Assembly: GCA_951406725.2 (NCBI GenBank) | Contig: OX597824.1 | Coordinates: forward strand, 3,906,001-3,970,000 | From: Octopus vulgaris | Taxonomy: Eukaryota | DNA length: 64,000 nt | Direction: 5' to 3' | Part shown: one piece after another, positions 55,320 to 64,000 of the stretch | How the letters are laid out: every line of letters starts with the position of its first letter | How positions within the stretch are numbered: the first letter of the stretch is position 1 | The notes under the pieces: generated by a model | The model's database searches: none | Seen by the model: the letters and a program-made list of their open reading frames with translations, nothing else | What the model was told of the DNA's origin: nothing | Position numbers and translations under genes: made by a program

Positions 55320-55409
55320 ATAGGAAAAGGAAAGATCCAGAGAAGGGAAGACAGAGGAAAAAAATCGCCAACGGATACACACGCGGTCACATTTTGAATG
55401 TATATATGT

Positions 55410-55605
55410 GACGTCTGCTTTCCATGCTGGCATGGGTTGGACGGTTTGACTGAGGATCTGGCAAAGTTTCTATTGTTGGATGCCCTTCCTAATACCAACC
55501 ACTCTGAGAGTGTAGTGGGTGCTTTTTACGTGCCACCGGCATGGGTGCCAGTCAGATGGCACTGGCATCGACCACACTCAAATTGTGCTTTTTACATGCC
55601 ACCTG
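55410..55605 (-). mobile_element. SINE-like family A
   Basis: TTCCATGCTGGCATGGGTTGGACG..GGATGCCCTTCCTAATACCAACC. Confidence 0.8.
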
Positions 55606-55699
55606 GTTAAATAAAATGTGGAAAAAAGAAAACATGACACACAACAACAAAAACTTATGATTTTGTTCTCTGATCAGGTGATCAAGAGTCATGATAAGG

Positions 55700-55774
<75 letters not shown>

Positions 55775-56418
55775 TGCAGTAAGACATGTCCAACCCATAC
55801 CAACATATGTGTTATATATATAGAAACGATACTAAGAAAACATTGAAAATGCATCGAATTTCTATATATTTTTATGTAATTAAAACAAGTTTATCATTTT
55901 AACACAAGGAAGAAAATGCTTTATTCTATGTATTTATATGTATGAAAATAAAAATATAAAAGTATGTATTCAGAAACTAAATGTTGTTGTATTATAGTTT
56001 AACAGAAAATATATTGATGTATGTATTCATAAAATAAATTTGACACATAAGTGAGAAGGAAAGAAGGGGAAAAAAAGGGATCACGGGTTACTTTGAGTTT
56101 TTTTGTACAGAGAAAGGTTTTTAATGTATACATGTTTGTGTGTGTTATGGCTAAAAGAGAATTTGCAGTGGAAGGAAAAAGTCATATTAAACTGACCAGG
56201 ATCTGGTTTACACTGGGATTCAGCTTTTCAAGGTTTCGGATAATTTTGTTCCATATTTAAAACCATGAGTGGATTAAGGAATAAGGAGGCATATCACTTA
56301 TAATATATACACATACATATATAATCACACTGCTTATATACATGCATGCATATATAGACATATCTGTGTATACACACTCACGCACGAACACACACATATA
56401 TACATATATATACATATA

Positions 56419-56572
56419 CATCATCATCATCATCATCATCATCGTTTAACGTCCGCTTTCCATGCTAGCATGGGTTGGACGAATGACTGAAGGCTGGCGA
56501 ACCAGATGGCTGCACCAGGCTCCAATCTTGATCTGGCAGTTTCTACAGCTGGATGCCCTTCATAATGCCAAC
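56419..56572 (-). mobile_element. SINE-like family A tail
   Basis: (CAT)n CGTTTAACGTCCGCTTTCCATGCTAGCATGGG. Confidence 0.8.
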
Positions 56573-56608
56573 ATATATATATGTATATATATATATATAA
56601 CATATATA

Positions 56609-56656
<48 letters not shown>

Positions 56657-56694
56657 TATATGGACATATATATATATATATATAGGCATATGTA

Positions 56695-56726
<32 letters not shown>

Positions 56727-57403
56727 GGCATATGTATGTGTATATATATATATATATTGTAATGTAAGGGTTGTAAGAAAATAAATCTATTATTAATGGT
56801 GCAAATATTATCTGATTTAGAACTCAGTACATTGTGTAGAGTAGATAAGCATATTTACAATATATAAAAATAATGGTCTCTCCTCTTGGCTGATCATGGC
56901 TCTGTCACAATCGTGGTCAACCATAGGCGAAGCTCCAGCAGACTTCAATAATTATGTATATGTTATAGAAACACACATGCACACTCAGAGTCATGTGGGT
57001 GAGTGCATGCATGTACAATAGGCTTCCATGTAGCTTCTGTCAACTGCAGCAAAACATATTATGCACAGTCCCCAATAGGATGTTAAAGAAAGCAAAAACA
57101 AAAATGGCAAAACATTACATTGGTTCACAGATTTCCCAGGTTCTTGTTTAACCAAATAGACAGACATGAAGAACTCTTCTCTATGCACACACATACATAT
57201 ACACAATCACACACAATCACACACACACACACACACACAGATGCATATACAAGCTCATAGACACACAGACAGACCATGATAGATATAGCTACGCCCTATC
57301 CAGTTAAATTTAGCTGTGGTTAATGCTTGTCCACTCCAACAAAGACATAGCTAAAAGGCTCTCTCTCTTTCTCTTCTTCTCAAACACCGTCTCTCTCTCC
57401 TTC

Positions 57404-57440
<37 letters not shown>

Positions 57441-57482
57441 GTACAAAGACAAATGAACACTATTTATGTATATTTGTATGTG

Positions 57483-57514
<32 letters not shown>

Positions 57515-57649
57515 CATATATACATATATATACATATATATATATACATATATATACATATACATACATACATACATATATATACATACATACATACATA
57601 CATGTATATATATATACATACATATATACATATATATACATATACATAC

Positions 57650-57680
<31 letters not shown>

Positions 57681-58289
57681 ATACACACACAAATATTTAT
57701 GCATATATATATAAATATACAAATATAAATGTGGTAATACACAAACACACACACATATACATACATACATACGTACATACGTACATACGTACATACATAC
57801 ATACATATCAGTTTATATACAAACGTACACACATGCACCAACATACACACACTGTACACATACACACTGTACACATACACACTGTACACATACACACACA
57901 TGTTTGTATAGGCACAAGTAACAATATAAACTGAATGCAAGCATAAAAGATAAAAGAAAAAGATCAAACAAAAACACAGCAATAATCAACCGAGCATACG
58001 GACCCCCCCTCTCTCCCTCCCTCTCTTTCTTACAGCTTCTCTACTCCCTCCACCACTCACGCCACCGCCGCCACCGCCTCCGTCTCTCAACTGCCACCTC
58101 CCACTCCTTCATATCGAAAGCTGTCTGCTGCGCGTAAAAGGACAGACAACAATACAATATTAATAGTAAATGACCATTATAGGAACTATGGAAGGAACCT
58201 CTGCGATGCGTAATGTCTGAAGACAAACAGAGGGGCGGAGGCGACGGTGGTGCGGTGGTGGTGGTGGGAGGCGTAGCAGGTAAGAAGGA

Positions 58290-58450
58290 GATGGAAGAAG
58301 GAGGAGAAGGAGGAGATGGAAGAAGAAGAAGAAGGAGAAGAAGGAGATGGAAGAAGAAGGAGAAGAAGAAGAAGAAGAAGAAGAAGGAGAAGAAGAAGAA
58401 GAAGAAGGAGAAGAAGAAGAAGGAGAAGAAGAAGTAGAAGAAGAAGGAGA
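58290..58450. repeat. (GAA/GGA)n polypurine tract
   Basis: Direct reading. Confidence 0.9.
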
Positions 58451-58627
58451 CTACAATGTGTTGGTATGACAAGCAAACAAGTCTTTTTCTTTTTCCGTTT
58501 TTTTTATTCCTTTTTTGTTTTTGCTATTTTTTTGTTTTGGGGTTTTGGTTTTGTTTATTTATTTATTGCAATATCCATTGTCAGCTGTTTTTACCTCTTT
58601 ATATTCTCACTCCTAGCCACTCACTCA

Positions 58628-58696
<69 letters not shown>

Positions 58697-58813
58697 TCTA
58701 TGCCATCTCTATTCTCTGTCTCTCTTTTATCTCTTATCTTCCTTCTTATACACACACATATGTATAAATATATATATATAAATATATATACATACACCAC
58801 GTTTTCTCTATAA

Positions 58814-58848
<35 letters not shown>

Positions 58849-58895
58849 TATGTGTGTATATTTGTATATAAATCTCTCTCTCTCTCTCTCCCTCG

Positions 58896-58942
<47 letters not shown>

Positions 58943-59132
58943 GCCATGGCTGTGTGGTAAGTAGCTTGCTTACTAACCACATGATTCTGGGTTCAATCCT
59001 ACCACATGGCATCTTGGGCAAATGTACTTTACTGTAGCCTTGTGAGTGGATTTGGTCTTTGTAGGGAGGTGGTGCCATGTCAATAATATATATATAGATA
59101 GATAGATAGACAGATAGATAGATAGATAGATG

Positions 59133-59163
<31 letters not shown>

Positions 59164-59216
59164 GGATAGATAGATAGATGGATAGATAGATAGACAGATA
59201 GATAGATAGATAGATA

Positions 59217-59390
59217 TAAAGCACCCACTACACTCACGGAGTGGTTGGCGTTAGGAAGGGCATCCAGCTGTAGAAACCCTGCCAGATCAGACTGGGCCTG
59301 GTGCAGCCTCCTGGCTTCCCAGTTCCCGGTCAAACCATCCAACCCATGCTAGCATGGAAAACAGACGTTAAACGATGATGATGATGATGC
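59217..59390 (+). mobile_element. SINE-like family A tail, preceded by (GATA)n
   Basis: AAAGCACCCACTACACTCACGGAGTGGTTGGCGTTAGGAAGGGCATCC. Confidence 0.85.
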
Positions 59391-59392
59391 TG

Positions 59393-59426
<34 letters not shown>

Positions 59427-59764
59427 ATATGTGTGTGTGTGTTTATATTTTTATATGTATACAAGATATGAGGAGTTTTTGTCAGGATATCTATGGATGA
59501 CTTAGTGAATTGCTAATGTGTATACAAAAGATTAATATAGACAGCCATATGCAATGTTTTACATATGTATACAATTGTGTGCTTTAGCTACAGCATTAGA
59601 GCCTTTTAGCTCTTGTTTCTAGCAATGTAAGTGTTCCAACACCCTTGTCATATTTAGCGAGAATTATAGTTTGCCTTTTTGGTAAAACACTGCACACAGC
59701 TGTCTATATGTGTGTGTGTGTGTGTGTGTGTGTCTGTGTATGTGTGCATGTGAGTGTGTACATA

Positions 59765-60845
59765 AATGTTGAACAGTGGAAATCAGTGCTCAACACTGCA
59801 TTGGTGGATAAGATTATTCGTTTGTGTATTAAGGCTACCATTGGTTTCATGTTAAGAAAATATCTTAACAATTCTTCAAGCCAATCACAGAGAAATTTGT
59901 GTTAACCTCCATTTTGGATAAAAACATTAAAATACATGGGAATTCACGATAAAGTGAGAAAACAAGAAATCAAGGGGGACGACTCTTGGGTAACTTGGGA
60001 AAAATCTGTGCTTAATGGAAAAAATGTGCTGAATGATCTAAAAAACTTTCTTCAAAAGACATTTGAATTTAGTAAGGCATCTGTTACCATAGCAAACACT
60101 TATATAGATATAATTGTGAATGCAGGGAAGTCATTGCTATTGCTTAAAAAAGAATGGGAAACTATGATGGTGCAGAGATGTCTGTTCTTATAGCCCCTTG
60201 ATTTCTTGTTTTCTCTCAAGTCTTCATCCTGAATTTCCATGTATTTTAATGTCTTCATCCAAAATGGAGGCAAACACATCTTAGATATGTTTACAAAAGA
60301 AATAAAAGAAGCCAACATAGGATTATATAGGGACCATATGACCTAGGATTGGTACATAATAAAAACGGACATGATATGGATAAGATAAGAAAAAAATTAT
60401 GCAAAATATTTAGCCAATTACATTTCAGAACCACAATCAGTTCTAACCTTAAAGATGTCAATTTTCTTGATAATAACATGAATCTTAGCACAGGTAAATT
60501 TAAACACAGTCACAAACCAAATGAGGAAGCCTTCTACATAGACATAGGCTCCAACAACCTACCCATCAGCAGTCATTAAACAATTACTTGATAACACTAG
60601 CAAGTGACAAAGGCGATAAAGCCATTTTTGAAAATGTTGCTCCATACTATAGTGTTGCATTAGAAAGATCCAGTTTTAAGAATTGTGTAAACTATATTGA
60701 ATCAAATGTAGACAGACCAGGAAGATACAGACAGAGAAAAATGTTATGGCTCAACCCACCTTATAGCATAAATGTAGCCACTAACATTGCTAGGAAATTC
60801 TTAAAACTAATAGACAGTCATTTCCCACACTCACACAAATACCGT
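59765..60845 (+). mobile_element. Decayed Penelope-like element reverse transcriptase / thumb / linker
   Basis: MGNYDGAE (60154), IGLYRDH (~60317, decayed YRDD), DKIRKKLCKIF, VNFLD..NLSTGKFK..KPN, RKMLWLNPPYSINVATNIARKFLKLIDSHFP; stops and frameshifts. Confidence 0.85.
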
Positions 60846-61324
60846 AAATACTCTCATATAACATTTGTCAAAACTGGGGAATCTGGGACATTTTTTTCTG
60901 TTTATTCTATTGCTGTATTTTTTCCCACCATTTACTCTTCTACCTTTCGTTTCAGTAATTGGACTACAACTGTGCTGGGGCACAGCCTTGAAGGGTTTAA
61001 TTGATCAAATCGCCCTCAGAACTCTTTAATTTGCTAAGCCTGGTATGTGTTCCATCAGTCTCTTTAACTGAACTGCCAAGTTATAGAAATGTATACGTAC
61101 ATACAATATTTCTACCTGAATGTCATCATCAAACGAAGATGGATAGGGGGGGGCGTGGACAGAAGCATGGGAGTGTAGGGATGAGAAAGTAGGATGAAGG
61201 GGAGGCACAGGTAGGAGTGAATGAAAGAATAGGTGAAAGACAGGTAAGCAGTGGTGAAGGTGGTGGTGGTGGTGGTGGTGGTGGCAGCGAAAGTGATTCC
61301 AATGGAGAGGTGATAATGGTAACA

Positions 61325-61765
61325 TTGATGATAATGCTATGATGATGATGGCGATGGTGACTGTAATTGTAATAGTGGTGATGATGATGATGTTGACAGA
61401 GGTTGTAGTCGTGGCAGTGGTGGTGATGATGATGATGATGGTGATGTTAGAGCTTGTGCTGGTGATAATGTCTAAAGTTAGTGCTGTTAGTGATGACGAT
61501 GACGACGAGGATGATGATGATGATGATGATGATGATAGAAATGGTGAAGATCACAGTGATGATGATAGTAATGAATATGATGATGATGATGTTGATTATG
61601 ATGATGATGATGATGATGACAGAGGTGGGGGTGGTGATGATGATGATGATGATGGAAATGGTGAAGATCATGATGAGGATAATAATAACTATAATGATGA
61701 TGATGGTGATGGTGGCGATGATGATGATGGTGATGATGATGATGATGATGATGACGACGATGATT
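61325..61765. repeat. (GAT)n low-complexity tract
   Basis: Direct reading. Confidence 0.9.
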
Positions 61766-61859
61766 GTATAAGATGTTAAAATAAATCAATAGTTGTCAGA
61801 TGTTCAACAATAAGGAGAAATAAGATGTTAGCAGCGTTTCAAGTTCATACGGTGAATTC

Positions 61860-63735
<1,876 letters not shown>

Positions 63736-64000
63736 GGTGGGTTGTGGTAGTGAGACGAGAACATATGTGCGGAGTTGAGTAGCATATCCTATTTAGTAAA
63801 TGGTGAGATAGGTGTTGCATGGAAATGGTTGAGAGCAGAAGAGAGATGAAAGAAGCTGAATAGGAAAAGATGAATAGGAGGAGGAGAAGGAAGAGGGGGA
63901 GAAGAAGAAGGGGCGAGGGCGAGATTAAGAAGGAGGAGAAGTGGGAGGAGGAGGGAGGGAGGAGGGGAACAAGAACAACAACAACAACATCAAGAACAAG

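Overview
Eukaryotic, AT-rich DNA saturated with microsatellites ((TA)n, (CA)n, (CAT)n, (TAA)n, (TATG)n). The repeat landscape is typical of an octopod cephalopod genome (inference from the SINE types and microsatellite load). Nearly all ORFs in the supplied track are translated microsatellites or SINEs. Supportable content: (i) at least four SINE-type families in dozens of copies; (ii) decayed remnants of two mariner transposons, a Penelope-like RT, an RTE-like RT and an R4/Dong-like RLE endonuclease; (iii) a hAT MITE with an 8-bp TSD, a non-autonomous Helitron, a solo LTR and a ~290-bp foldback element; (iv) a 31-bp minisatellite with higher-order structure; (v) a chain of minus-strand exon candidates (20502 to 15566) giving a ~98-aa ORF I do not recognise; (vi) several minimal type I hammerhead ribozyme motifs. 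The most notable object is a TSD-flanked ~490-bp unit at 49140-49628. It joins a tRNA-like Pol III head, a (TAA)n spacer, an intact minimal hammerhead and an inverted copy of the hammerhead-bearing end, and looks like a Penelope-mobilised, ribozyme-carrying SINE or retrozyme. No known protein-coding gene, true tRNA, rRNA or CRISPR array was recognised.
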